Assembly: GCA_965235115.1 (NCBI GenBank)
Contig: OZ249436.1
Location: 34,412,001-34,472,000, forward strand
Length of the DNA: 60,000 nucleotides
DNA from: Laetmonice hystrix
Lineage: Eukaryota
Direction of reading: 5' to 3'
In this document: piece by piece, positions 25,414 through 39,247 of the stretch
Layout of the letters: every line of letters starts with the position of its first letter
How positions within the stretch are numbered: the stretch's first letter is position 1
The notes under the pieces: generated by a model
What the model was told of the DNA's origin: nothing
What the model saw: the letters and a program-made list of their open reading frames with translations, nothing else
The model's database searches: none
Translations under genes and position numbers: made by a program

Positions 25414-27524
25414 ACTATGATAGCCTACTGTTTGGGTGACTACTACCGCCCCTAGCGGATGTCTCGCTAACTTCTTGGAGTGGCACGTGGCCACATGGCA
25501 CAACCCTAGTGTCTTCAGAGCAGCAGGCAGCAGAATCAGCGGCAAGCTGCAACCAACGAACTAACGAACGAACCAACCCACCAACCACCCTTCCGTCTTT
25601 CGTTACATTTACGAATATATACACATCCCTTCCCCTTCAAACATTAAATATCGATGTTGAGCGAATTCCCCAATTGCATGGAAATTGTGAAGTAGGGGGT
25701 TAGCGGGGCATATTAAGAGTGTAGCGTGGACTTAGCGTGATGTCACGGTCCCGGATGAAACATGCAGCTGGCCGGGGGTCTGGATGGCCCGTGGCAGCAA
25801 CCTTGAGGCCTTTCGGGAGTCGCCTGTGCCGGCATGTGAGTGGCATATTGACGTGCCTCTCCCCTTGCTCTCCCCTCTTGGCCACGCAGCAACCCTGCGC
25901 TAATGGCTCTCTAATTGACTTTGTTACATCAAAGCTGGCGGTTCGAACACCGGCTGTTGTCGCCACCAATTGCCGGCAACACATCTCTGGCGCGCGGCGT
26001 GCCGTGCAACGCCTGGCCCAATCCGTGGCTCGGCGGTGGCCGGGGCCCCGAGCTCCTGGCAGGAGCCACCCCCGGCCTCCGCCCCGCTGTCCCCGACCTC
26101 AGAGCGTGCCCCGCCATTTCAGAACTTCCATCGCCTCCGCTGCCTTGATCCATTTCGACCTGACAGACAGAGAGAGGGAGGTTAGGATTGGGACTTCAGG
26201 CCAATGGATGTGTGTGGGTGTTTCGTGTGGGGTGGGGTGGCGGTGGGGTTGGTTCCATTGCAATGCATTGCATTGTATTACATGGCACGCGCGATCTGCC
26301 CACATTATTACACGGCCGAGAATTCCCTAACGGGAAGAAGCCCAGTTAGTGGGGTGGGGGTGGGGTGGGGCTGCCCTGGACGGAGCTGGGCTGGCCCAGC
26401 CCGGCCCTGCCTGTTCCGGTCGGCGTTCGTCACCTCCGACACGGCAGGGGGTTACGTACAGGGCAGGGTTACCGGCCGAGCGTGCCGCTCAGTGCCGTTC
26501 CGTGCCGCACAGTGCCACATGGCCGGGACCTTCCTCCACGGTCTGAGCACAGGGCCTTCCTCCCGGATCTATACCACCTCTCTGGAGAATTATATTTGTA
26601 AATTCATGTTTCTTGTGTGTTTTGAGTCTGATTTATTGAGGAAAGTTTAGCCCCAAGTAAGTGGTATGGGAAATGATGCTTCAAACTCAATTTTAGGTGA
26701 GCATTGCACGCTATATACTTAGGAGATTGCACGCACGTCTACACGCATACAAATAGTATGCATACCCTCCCCATTTCTCAAGGGAAAGGGGGGCGGCATT
26801 TGGGATGAAGAATTACCTACCAGTGGCCTAAAAGAATATATCTGGTCTATTATTATTATTGGAAAGCCACAGGGGAGACATGGCTCAATGCCCCCTAAGT
26901 ATTATTATGGTGTCTAGCTTTACACCCTTGTAAATACACCCATACACGTACAAAGGGACCTACACATAATATTACATAATACACACGCACGAACATAATG
27001 TCATACGCCAAAAGGCTCACATTAATTATTAACATGGAACAAGTATACCAATAGGCCTCCAGTCACTTAGAGATGGTGTCTCTAACTTCAAACCCCAGCA
27101 CAAAGCCCCCCTGCAGTGTAGGTCTGTCTTCCTCTACCAGCTATCAATGGCGACACTCGACTCGCTGTCGGTGACAAACTTATAACTATTCACACGCCCC
27201 GATCTCTGGGTCACAGGTTCGCTTTCCCTGACAGTCGGGTAACATATATTGCAATTGAAACGACCAGATGTCAGCGATGTTTACTTTTTGCCCATAAAAA
27301 CCACGTAATCTAATTTCGTTTGTTTACTTGTATTGCATGCCATTGTGTAATGTCGAAGGATATAACGTATAGTACTAGTGGACTCTAGGCATTGCACTGG
27401 GGGACTCAGCGACAGAGCTTTGAAGACAAATAACATGCATTAAAAAAATAGCATCAATATGCCTTCTGGGTCTAACCTCCATCATCGTTTCTTTCAATGA
27501 GATGGTACAGATGGTTGAAATGGT

Positions 27525-27604
27525 TGTGTGTGGGTTTGTTTTAAAACTGTTATTTAGGACCGTCGTTTGTGTGTGGGCCTGTTTTAAAACTGTAATTTAG
27601 GACC
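27525..27604. repeat. Short tandem duplication (~42 bp, 2 copies)
   Basis: tgtgtgtgggtttgttttaaaactgttatttaggacc and tgtgtgtgggcctgttttaaaactgtaatttaggacc. Confidence 0.8.
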
Positions 27605-30600
27605 CTCGAGAAGTGTCCATTGAAATGGCACGGTGGAAACAATGTACGTCCTTCCTCAGTCTGCCAGTGTGTGGCGCTCTGGTATGGGTGGGCGAGAGGC
27701 CAACTGGTCGCTGTTTAACCTGCATACATCGCTATAGTTGGAGCAATGACATCGTTTTGATACAGTACAACACGCAGAAAACTTAATGGATTCATGGATT
27801 CACATTCTAAATGATGGAATCTTCACCAGGCAATACGATTTGGGTTTACAACTGGCACAAGTCATTGAAATATTAGAATCAGGAGGGACAGAGGTAGAGT
27901 TGTATGGGATAGACACTGAGGTCTCCATGGCGGAACACTCCATGTAGTATACTGGCGTAAGGTAGGACATACGTTCTCACCAATAAAACAAAAGTTGGCA
28001 TTTGTGGAAAAAACAAGTATTATTTACTTTAAAGTAATGTATATGCCTATTTCTTGTTACAGCATAGGCTAAAAACGTAAAATAATGGCAAAAATGGGTT
28101 GTTATTGTTTTGTAAATATAATGCCGTTGTCAGGGTATTCTTAGGGTTAAGTTACCTGGGTTTTTTTAAATTGAAAGGTACAAAAAAAGGTCTTGAAGGA
28201 TTACTGATGAAGAATTGCCCTGTGCGGAAGTGTTTACTGGGTTGGAGCGAGAGACCCGCGCTGTGCGGAGGAGGACAGTGCGTGTAACTGTGTGGGTGTT
28301 AATGTCAGCCACTGCCGCTAGATGGCTTCTTGTGTCAGCTTGGCTCCACCAACAACATTTCACCGGGTGATGGCAAGGTCTCCAAGCCATGACCATGTAC
28401 CTGATTTCTTCGACTCCATTATTCTCTTTTCTCAATCAATATCATTATTATCATATATTATATATCAATCACTATCTATAACTAGTATGAATACATTTTC
28501 CTGTTCAGCCATATATCTTTGCTCTCTTTAATGTGTTGACGTTGACACGAAGGAAATCCTTGTAGTAGTTCTTTATAGGAAACTTTACCTTCAACTGAGA
28601 ACTATTTCTTCACATTAAGCCACTGTAACATGAAATGTGATACCTCTAGAGTTGCATCAGTACGCTGGAGTTTCCCTATACAAAAACCCAACACGTATTA
28701 AAAGTTAAACGTCCTTTTGAAAAATGATAATGCCAAAGCTATTGTAAAAACAATGTTAAAGGCTGGACCTTGCCAGCCTTTGTTCGGTGTAGGCCTATAG
28801 GTTAGGACATTGGTGTGAAATTCAGAGGAGATATAGACGGGTAAAAAGATGAAATCCATTAAGACAGCTGGGCCTGGGTTGTCAAGCTGGGAGTGCTCTC
28901 CTCATGCATGGTGTAGAAATCCTCCTCAGAGGTCTTCTTCTCCTAATGTTAAGAAATGGGTCTGAAGGACATGGCGAGATTATTGGATCGGCCTTTGTAA
29001 CCATCATAAAAATCTTCAAAATCAAACTTTATGCGTAAAAACACCGCTTAACTAATAAAAACTCACAGAGTTGTGTAGTTCAGGCTGGGCTCGGTAGGGC
29101 AGAACCGTAGACCTACGACTTAGGTCTATGGTGTAAATACTTCCTTGACACTTCTACTGAACGTTCATATTCAACATATATTATTAATTCTCACAGCAGA
29201 ATTAACCTTTTTCGCCGGCCAGTATCTTTTTGTCTCCTAAACTTGTAAAACACTGAACTGTGGTCAGGCAGAGAGGCACACGTGTCAGTGGCAAAGCACG
29301 CGTTCGACCCAGTCACGCCTAGCGGCGAACCCGCAAGCTGGAGCGCCGCTTGGTGGCAGATCGCTGAACTACATGTTGGACAAGCGGTTTCAGATGGCGG
29401 ACACTATTATAAATGTCAGGTCGATGACCATGCGGAACACGTTGAAAATGGCATATCTGAGGGCAGGCAGGCCAGTAAATATGTCAGAGGTGACACCTGT
29501 GACGTCTCTAGGGAGAACCGAATGAGGAGTATCAGGTGCTAACTTATTACGTTGTTTCTCCTCCACTTACCTCAACTTTTATATAATACCGAGGCATGTG
29601 CTCATTAACTATTTAAATCAACAATGTTATATCAATCAAAAGTGTATTTTTGTAAGTTAATATACCAGTCAATCACTTATATATTCCCATCATTCAGGAC
29701 TCACCTGGCCTCTTATCTATAGCCACAATGCATTCAATCATTCAATCATTCAATCATTCACCTGCTTCATTCACCCGTTTCCTTCAGTTATTTCTGTGAA
29801 GCTTGTAATACCCCAAAGGTTTATGACCCCACTCATCATTTCAAGCCGTAAGTCATATAGAGGCGTACCTTCACGGCTTCATTATCCCTTTACTTCCCCT
29901 TAATGCTGTACTATAGCTGTTCAGATTCTACCCCAGTTATTCACTCCAACCCCCCTTTCTTTTTAACTTTTGATATCTATTGATTAAGGCGCCGTTGTGG
30001 ATCCTGCCCTATTCCCAGAAAGCTATCATTTCCCTCACTATATTTGGCTGCATATCGTATTTAGAACGAATCCCCTCCACTGAATCCACCGGTATGCCAT
30101 TCCATCTCACTTCACCAACTTTGGCTATAACTGTACTGGTGTCTTATCAACTGGCTTTCCGATGAATATCTTGCCGTTTCAGTAATTGATTGAGTCTCTT
30201 TTTTTCATATTATTAACAAGGAGTTTGATCAGTATAAGAGGGTCCTGATTCTGTGTCTGTCGGGGCGGGACGTAGGATCAAAAGCAGGGCCTCCCCACAC
30301 GATCCACTGAATGGTATACGGATATTCTTTGATACAGACCCATCGGGAAAGCCCTTAAATTTCACAAACCCACTATACCACAATCCCTGCAGGCAAGAGA
30401 ATAGCGGCTTTTGTCAGTGATTACCGTTTTAATTCATGACATCAAAACTACGCCGTTTGAAATATAATTATAGTGGCGAGACGATCAAAACACAAGCGTG
30501 TTAAACGGTACTCAGGCATCGACGAGCGTCGTAATCCGCTGACTGGCTGCGACCACCTTTGTTGATTGCACAATATGCTAATTGTGACCTAGTTGTAACG

Positions 30601-31703
30601 TCGAACCTCGTATTTTCTCGCGGTGCACACAGATGTAATGGTGGGCTCGGTTGACCGCCTTTCATTAAACGATTGGTCCCCGCTGTCTTCCTGAAAACAA
30701 CGGTTGCTCTCAACTCTTTGTTGCCATATCTCCCCTCATTCCGCCTCCCATAGCTATATTTCGAAAGTGTGATGTTGGTTCAAACAGATTTTACTTTCTG
30801 TGTAATCCAATAATTTCCTTTTAATTCCACTGGGTGTGTCGTGCTCTTTGTTCAGAGAAATCAATAAACTGGTTTTCCTTCAAAGGCTGGACGAATTGGG
30901 AGTTTTAAGTTGAAATTGACACTGAACAAGAGCAATCCAGTTCCATGTCTTCTATTTCAATGTCACCATTCCCATAGTGTACATCTACAGGGCGCATTCA
31001 AATCTCAAAATTAAACGTACCGTCCTGGGGCATGGGCTGTACTCGTTATCTAAGATTATAATAGAGAGGTAAGTAGATATGGCGCTTCATTACTTACAAG
31101 TAAGATAGTTCCTGATCTTTATGCTTGGTCGGGTTAACTTGGGACCAATATGAATGGGTGACCTGTGATGGTCAGATGAACTTTAATTATTATATAATAT
31201 CTATATGTTCGTATGACCATATGTCATACTTATACCTACACATCCCCTTGGATCATTCTGCAAGCTTACTATAGTAACATTGTCATAACACGGTTATAAC
31301 TGTTTTAGTAACCTTTTACTTTGAATCCAATACAAAAGTATTTTTTCATTAGACTCTTCTCATCATAATAGAGAATATGACGTACTATTTCATGTGATTA
31401 CATCACTTACTATTGAAAGTGAAATACATCTCAAAGGTCCTCCGATATCAACTTTTAATATTTCAAGTACAAAAAAATGTATTCTAAATAGGTTCATTAC
31501 CTTTAATATAGGCCTGGGGGTTGGGGGGTTGGGGGGGCACAAAATCGAATTTTATTAAGGTCTTCACACAAAATATGAAGGCAGAAATGTGGGCACGGTG
31601 GTGATACTCTATCCTGAGACCTCTCTTGATTCATTCTGGTACCAGTCATTCCTTCCAGCTCACTCTTTCTTTTACTGTTGTTTATGTTTACTGACGTCAC
31701 AGC

Positions 31704-31943
31704 CAAACAAGTCAGTAAATATAATATCACAGTTACGCCTAGGTCTAGTTACCTCAAACAAGGTCATATATCATGTCGCAGTAACACCTCGGTCTAGTTA
31801 CCTCAAACAAGGTCATATATCATGTCGCAGTCACACCTAGGTCCAGTTACCTCAAACAAGGTCATATATCATGTCGCAGTAACACCTCGGTCTAGTTACT
31901 TCAAACAAGGTCATATATCATGCCGCAGTAACACCTAGGTCTA
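31704..31943. repeat. 49-bp tandem repeat, left block (~4 copies plus a degenerate lead-in)
   Basis: Unit ggtctagttacctcaaacaaggtcatatatcatgtcgcagtaacacctc. Confidence 0.95.
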
Positions 31944-33053
31944 TAGTCCTTTGCAGCAAGTTAGGAACTGTCGCGGGTAGCTCATTTGATCCCCAACAAA
32001 TTCAGGGTTACCATTCTTAAATTTCAATAAAAGCTTCTAACATTATAAAATAGTGTATGATCATAATAATAACCCAGTTCAAAATTTTTATCATGCAAGA
32101 TTTTATTATATTAGTAAGAAAACACGATGACAACCCAGACTTTTAGTCAAACACATGGCCCATCTCATGGCCGCCGACGTCACAGCAGAGTCAGACTTCG
32201 CAGTGCTAGCAGCAGACATAATGCTGCTTGTACAAAAACTGGAAATCTACTACGATTCAAACTCACAGAGAGGCTTTACACTCATCTCAGGTAAAGGGCC
32301 AGAAAGTTTGAGCTCAATCGCAAACTTTCTTATTGAGAAAACATCAACTTTACATAGGACTTTTTGTGACAAGTTTTGACAGCTGTGACCCGGATGATAA
32401 ACATGATGAGGTCGACATCCTGGCAGTTAACATCATGCCAAACAGGAAGCTCTTACAAGGTCAAAATATCCCAGCATTAGAAAAAAATAATACAGTGGAA
32501 AACAGAAAAAGATTCCCTTTAAAAAGACATATAATAGTATGTTGTAAAAAATTTTGGACCTTAACTTATCATTGAAAATTAGCAATGACGTTGCTCTTAC
32601 TGTGACGTCTGACAATGCATCTGTGACGTTTTGACCTATAAACGTACAAAAACGGCAAATTTCGATCTCGCAGTGTGCTGCTGCTACTGCTGGCAAAATT
32701 GAAGCTATAAAGATTACTGTAGTACCATTCGATCGGGAATTTAATTTTAAAACCAGCATGCAAGTTAGGATGTGTCAAGTTGAATACGATGACCGCAGCG
32801 ACACATTTACTGGTGCAGAGTCAAGGAAAATGGAAAATTTCGGCAAGTTTTGGTAGCTCTTCACACACTGCTAGTTTGTAGGATTTGAAGATTAGACAGA
32901 TGTCATGTTGTGAATTACGTAGATCTAAGTCTAAGGTCTAGAATGGTGTTTATTTGAATACTGTAGACCCAATAGTTGCTGAGATATTAGCACCGGCACA
33001 AAAAATGTCAGGGCAACATGATGTTTTAGTTCCTAACTTGGTGACACGCGCTA
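31944..33053. mobile_element. 1110-bp TIR DNA transposon inserted in the 49-bp array, TA target-site duplication
   Basis: The array unit ggtcTAgttac is split as ggtcTA[...]TAgttac. The left end TAGTCCTTTGCAGCAAGTTAGGAACT (31944-31969) matches the reverse complement of the right end, TAGCGCGTGTCACCAAGTTAGGAACT (33028-33053), at 20/26 positions, with the inner 13 bp perfect. Confidence 0.88.
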
Positions 33054-34120
33054 TAGTTACCTCAAACAAGGTCATATATCATGCCGCAGTAACACCTCGG
33101 TCTAGTTACTTCAAACAAGGTCATATATCATGCCGCAGTAACACCTAGGTCTAGTTACCTCAAACAAGGTCATATTATCATGTCGCAGTAACACCTCGGT
33201 CTAGTTACCTCAAACAAGGTCATATATCATGTCGCAGTAACACCTAGGTCTAGTTACCTCAAACAAGGTCATATTATCATGTCGCAGTAACACCTCGGTC
33301 TAGTTACCTCAAACAAGGTCATATATCATGTCGCAGTAACACCTTGGTCTAGTTACCTCAAACGAGGTCATATATCATGTCGCAGTAACACCTCGGCCTA
33401 GTTATCTCAAACAAGGTCATATATCATGTCCCAGTAACACCTAGGTCTAGTTACCTCAAACAAGGTCATATATCATGTCGCAGTAACACCTCGGCCTAGT
33501 TACCTTAAACAATGTCATATATCATGTCGCAGTAACACCTCGGCCTAGTTACCTCAAACAAGGTCATATATCATGTCGCAGTAACACCTCGGTCTAGTTA
33601 CTTCAAACAAGGTCATATATCATGTCACAGTAACACCTCGGTCTAGTTACCTCAAACAAGGTTATATTATCATGTCGCAGTAACACCTCGGTCTAGTTAC
33701 CTCAAACGAGGTCATATATCATGTCGCAGTAACACCTCGGTCTAGTTAGCTCAAACAAGGTCATATATTATCATGTCGCAGTAACACCTCGGTCTAGTTA
33801 CCTCAAACAAGGTCATATTATCATGTCGCAGTAACATCTCGGTCTAGTTACCTCAAACGAGGTCATATATCATGTCGCAGTAACACTTCGGTCTAGTTAC
33901 CTCAAACAAGGTCATATTTCATGTCGCAGTAACACCTCGGTCTAGTTACCTCAAACAAGGTCATATATCATGTCGCAGTAACACTTCGGTCTAGTTACCT
34001 CAAACAAGGTCATATTATCATGTCGCAGTAACACCTCGGTCTAGTTACCTCAAACAAGGTCATATATCATGTCGCAGTAACATCTCGGTCTAGTTACCTC
34101 AAACGAGGTCATATATCATG
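33054..34120. repeat. 49-bp tandem repeat, right block (~22 copies)
   Basis: Same unit as 31704-31943 and highly homogeneous. It resumes exactly in register after the insertion. Confidence 0.97.
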
Positions 34121-34569
34121 CCTTCCCTTGAATATAACGTCTCCATAAACACGTGTTAATGGATTCAAACGATCTTTACTGATCACTATTATAGTATTGA
34201 GTGGGTGACTGCTGATGGTTTTACGCTGTGACGGCAGCTCTTCTCTATACGGAAATGTTTATGATATTGTAACGTTCGTGCAACCACCTTTTTCCTGAGT
34301 TCAATCAAACATTTCGTTTAACCATAAACTAACGCTGTAAGATAAATCACAGCCGGTGGTGGTCTAGCTTATCTGTAGAGAGCTTCTTGTAAAAGTTGGG
34401 TCATATCTATTGAAAAAAATTAGTAGAGCCTATAAGTATGAGAGAAAAGATCAAGACAGTTTGGGTAAGCGTCGGCAACTCGCAGGTATGATAGTAGTTG
34501 TCCTTGGGTCCCACACAAAGTACTTGAACTTCAGAGATCGGCCACTACGAGGGCTACTTCACTTGATAT

Positions 34570-34705
34570 GATCGGTGGTGAGCGGTGGAGGCCGGTGGTG
34601 ATCGGTGGAGGTCGGTGGTGATCGGTGGAGGTCGGTGGTGGTCGGTGGTGATCGGTGGAGGTCGATGGTGATCGGTGGAGGTCGGTGGTGATCGGTGGAG
34701 GTCGG
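34570..34705. repeat. 10-bp (alternating, 20-bp higher-order) minisatellite
   Basis: atcggtggag and gtcggtggtg units, ~13 copies. Confidence 0.93.
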
Positions 34706-37700
34706 CAGGCACCTGTGACGGAGACCAGGGGGGGCTGACCCTCAGTCACGTGACATTGTGTCATTCGAATAGTGTGTCTAGGAAATACAGTTAGAAAACT
34801 CACATTTTGAATCTGTTTAAAATGTTTCAATAAGTGTTTCACAAACCGAACACATTCTAAGCTGTTCGGATAAACGAGGTCTGAATGTATACGAAACAAC
34901 CTTGAAATGCTCGAGAACTTATACCTCTCCTTTAATACTGTTCCTTATGGACCCTGAGTACCAGCATCGGTCATTTTGGGGTGGCTGAGGCAGAATTTCA
35001 CGGACTTTGTTTAATAATTGTCGTATAGGCCTAATTACGATAACCGTTATTGCATTGAGGCCCGGGGAAGAGTTCCTTTGGAAGTACATGTATATAAGTG
35101 GCCGCACCACCACCACCATACCGAACAACGTGAACCTATGTGTGTGTATTCACTATGTATAACTCCACTGCCAGGATATAAAACCACCTATAAAATTCGC
35201 ACTGAAAATACATTCTACGTTGGTTTTACGACAAGACAAGCAAACGACTTCTTGTGAAACGTTTCTCGTCAGCATGCAAGCACTTGGTTTCGTCTAGTGG
35301 TCATCATAATTTGGACAGAAAAATGTAGGATTTCGCCAAGTAATGTAATGATGAATTTTTTTATGTACATGTAATAGGAACCTAAATATAGGGCACGCTG
35401 CACTAAATGCCACCCTTGTATAGGAACCCCAACTTGGTAGTATATGATTATAACTCAACACCTCTCTCCTCCAGACACAACAGTTTAAGAACTTTCTATC
35501 ATTATAGAGCTCTAGTACTACATTATAGAGCTCTAGTATTATAGAGTTCAAGTACCACACGTAACGACCAAACACGGCCTCGAACGTAAATGACATGATA
35601 TGCCCTGGGAACGATTACATTTTCAGCAGCACATGTGACTTAACATTGCATGTAAGTCGTAGGCACGCAACGGGGGAGGGATGGTTCTATCTTTAGAGTA
35701 GGACTATGACTTTTCCTGTGGGAACCCACCCAGCCAGTCGCTAGGGTGACGTACTATATGGCTATAACTGCTTTCTTCTGTTGTCTCAACATAATGTGTG
35801 GTTTGATAACATATTGTTTTCCTCCTGTTCTGAGTATGTATATGATCGGCCTTTTGTTTTCTAAGCGGAAACATCGAAAGGAAGCAGGCAATAATTACAA
35901 AAACCTGATAGGATGCTTACCTTATTATTTACCTTTTGAATCAACATGAATGTATCAGTCATACTATGTGGATCAATGAGATTGTTGTAGTATATGTAGC
36001 TTTCATGATTGGCATTGTTTATGATGAAAGGTAAGAATAGAAAATACCAAACAAGGTATGTAGACATACACGCTACATGTAGCCTATGTTACTATGTAAC
36101 AACCACCAACATAACATATAGGCGTACACAAAAATGAAAAAATAGGTCATCTTTATAATCAAAATCTATCTACACGTACATATACATTGATATACAATTA
36201 AATCACTATTTTACATTCTAGGTCATTACCACAAACTATGGAATTCTCTGTTTCTAATCAATGAACGCCTAATGCAACGATACCCTGGCCCCACCAAGCC
36301 TGAACGGAAACCCCCACACACCCACACCCCTATAACCCCCCAATCATTGAACGGCCTATCACACAGTGGGCTCGAGCCGGATCAGTGGGCTATACCTACT
36401 AACATTTTCTTGGCCTAGAGATTAGAACAGCGAGAAACAATCGATATGGCGGATTGCCGTAGAGTTAGAGAAAAACGAAAGCTTTAAAGCAGACACGAGA
36501 AAGATGCATTATCTACAAATCAGCTGGTGAGTATTGTCCACTAAACCCCTGCTACATTTACCACCCCTCCACTCGGAGTGCCGACGCCAAACGGCAGGGA
36601 GACGGCTTTGCATTTATCGCCGCAGTTTATCAAGGACTCACAACAGACGCTTGGTCGCGATTCTACAACTAAAAGCCAGGTGTTTTGCGACGCTGCTTTA
36701 ATCTGAATGTCTGAAATCAGAACGGCGCGCCTGATCAAAAAGATGTTCGCCACCGCGATGCCAGCTGTGCTGTCTCGCGTTGTGTACTTAGAGCGACAGT
36801 GGGCACTTGACGGTCGTCCTGGGCCATGGCGGCCAGCAGCAGCAGGTCGCTTCAGCAGAGGACGTTCGATTCGATCATTCCATCAGTAGTCGGGATGAAT
36901 GGAGCAGGGGCCCAGCCCGTCTCGTCCTTATCCCAGGGGACGGCTGCATTAATTGGTACACGCCATCTCTGGACGCAGGATGAGCATGGTACGACATTCT
37001 TACTCTGCCGCAGTCCATCTCTGCGTATCCTGCCTACAACTCTTCATCTTGGCGGCCCTGACCGGTCTACAGGCCGCGCCCACTCTACATGGCACATTTC
37101 ATGAATATTCATCCCTGCCAGGTCCGACTTATGCCTGCCCAAAAGTTTCTGCAAGAACTTTGGAGGTTCTAGTGTCTGTAGTTCGCGGACGGGGGCGCTG
37201 TGTGTCTTGATGTGCTCTGGGGGGAGGAAGTGTAGAAAATGGAGGCTGTGTTTGTGGGGGTTTACTGGGTCTCACACGAGGTATAGGGATCCGGGACCGA
37301 ATGATGTACCACGGCGGACCGGGGGTAGGAGGGGGGAGTAGGGGGGAGGAGGAGGAGAAGAAGAAGGAGGAGAGGGAGGAGAGCAGGCAGTAAGATGGAA
37401 GCAGAGCCTGGGGCAAGCCTGCTGCCAACTCCCTCGGCATGTCTACCCGGCTTATAATTAATATCCTGCCATCACACTGCCGCTTTGACTTTCCCGTGTC
37501 GACACGTCTGACAAGACTGACCCACTGTCTCTCCCACGGCAGATTAAAGTCGACAAATGAAATGGTTTCTTGAATTACCGTGCTCGTGGTTGCCAACGGA
37601 TTAAAAGTGGTTGGGGGTGCGTCTGGTTTCAAAGGAGTCGGCGGGAGCAATCCGCCCCTGGCGCATCCGTTCCCTTACCGCTTGTAATTAAACAGCCTCC

Positions 37701-38814
37701 ACATAGAGTATTTAAACAGCAACTGTGTTAAAGGTATGATTAAACTTCAGTGTCATTTTAAGCATCACCTGCGTCACTCCCGTCATTAGGGAGTGGTGAT
37801 TGGAAGGGACGGAGGGATTCAACGATGGAAGGCAGGGATGGGGGGGGGGGGGGTGAAGGGGGCCGGGGGACCACCTCAAATGATCCAGATTACCGAGAAG
37901 ATGTAATGAAATGGGTTGTCGGTAGCTGGAACAGTGGCTTTAGAAAACGTAAAATACCACTGGTTACAGAATCTATACGACAGTTATATAAGGTATGGAT
38001 AGGGAAATTTATGGTGGGGAGGAGGGGGGGGGTCATGTCCAATAATAGCATGAGATATATAATTATATTCAAACGGTTTAAGAGCAACAAACAAAGTGGG
38101 ATCATTAAGAAATTACAATTTATTATAACATTTAACACGAAAATCAAAGATAAGAACTTATTGGTGACGTATTTGACCTATATAAAATTGACGAAAAATT
38201 TCCGGTAATATTCTGAAAAAGGTGGAAACTTTCAATGGGATTATTTACATTTTTTCTTAGTACTCTTTCACTGAGTTAAGGTCAAAAAGAGCACGCCGAA
38301 GGTAGAGTGTAGGCTACATTCTAAGCTTCCGTGTGCCAAACTGGGCCAGTGTGGGACAAAACTGAAGAAAACCCAGTTGCTTGAGTCCAAATAGCCTAAT
38401 TATTATCATTTTGGAACGAGTATTAATATTGTCAACAAGTGACTTTTCACACGAGTATAAATCTATTTATATAATATGGTTAATTACATGGTTATCTTAG
38501 TTTCAGACCATATGTTTAAAATAGGGAGACCACCAAGTTTTTATCTTATTTTCCCCACTGTCCGTTCAGATAGACTTATTACAATCCATGTAAGTCGGAT
38601 CCATAGACCAATAGGCGATCTATCGTGGGATATGATATCGAGTCATAACTCATCATTCGATGAGTTAGATGGCGTGAAATATTATAATATACTTTATCTT
38701 TGGATTGACGCTCAAATAAAGTTCCAATACAATTTTCGGTATTGTCTTATTAAAACTCCATTAAATGATAGAATGTGAAGTTGTTTTCTGGCTGAGAAAA
38801 GTTTCTCCTGACAC

Positions 38815-38896
38815 CTGTTGCTGCTTCTGCTGCTGCTTCTGCTGCTGCTTCTGTTACTGCTGCTTCTTCTGCTTCTTCTGCTACTGCTGCTGCTTC

Positions 38897-38927
<31 letters not shown>

Positions 38928-38979
38928 ACTGCTGCTGCTGCTGCTTCTGCTGCTGCTACTGCTGCTGCTACTGCTGCTT

Positions 38980-39011
<32 letters not shown>

Positions 39012-39137
39012 ACTGCTGCTGCTGCTGCTGCTTCTGCTGCTGTTACTGCTGCTTCTTCTGCTACTGCTGCTGCTGCTGCTGCTTCTGCTGCTACTATACT
39101 GCTGCTGCTGCTACTGCTGCTACTGCTGCTGCTGCTT

Positions 39138-39170
<33 letters not shown>

Positions 39171-39216
39171 CTGCTGCTGCTACTGCTGCTGCTGCTGCTT
39201 CTGCTGCTACTGCTGC

Positions 39217-39247
<31 letters not shown>

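Noticed and set aside
29820..30400. Possible decayed LINE reverse-transcriptase fragment on the minus strand
   Set aside because: Partial manual translation showed no convincing RT motifs (no QG..LSP or YADD); a tBLASTn/BLASTx search would be needed
31704..34120. CRISPR-like array
   Set aside because: Head-to-tail 49-bp units with no spacers, in a eukaryotic context
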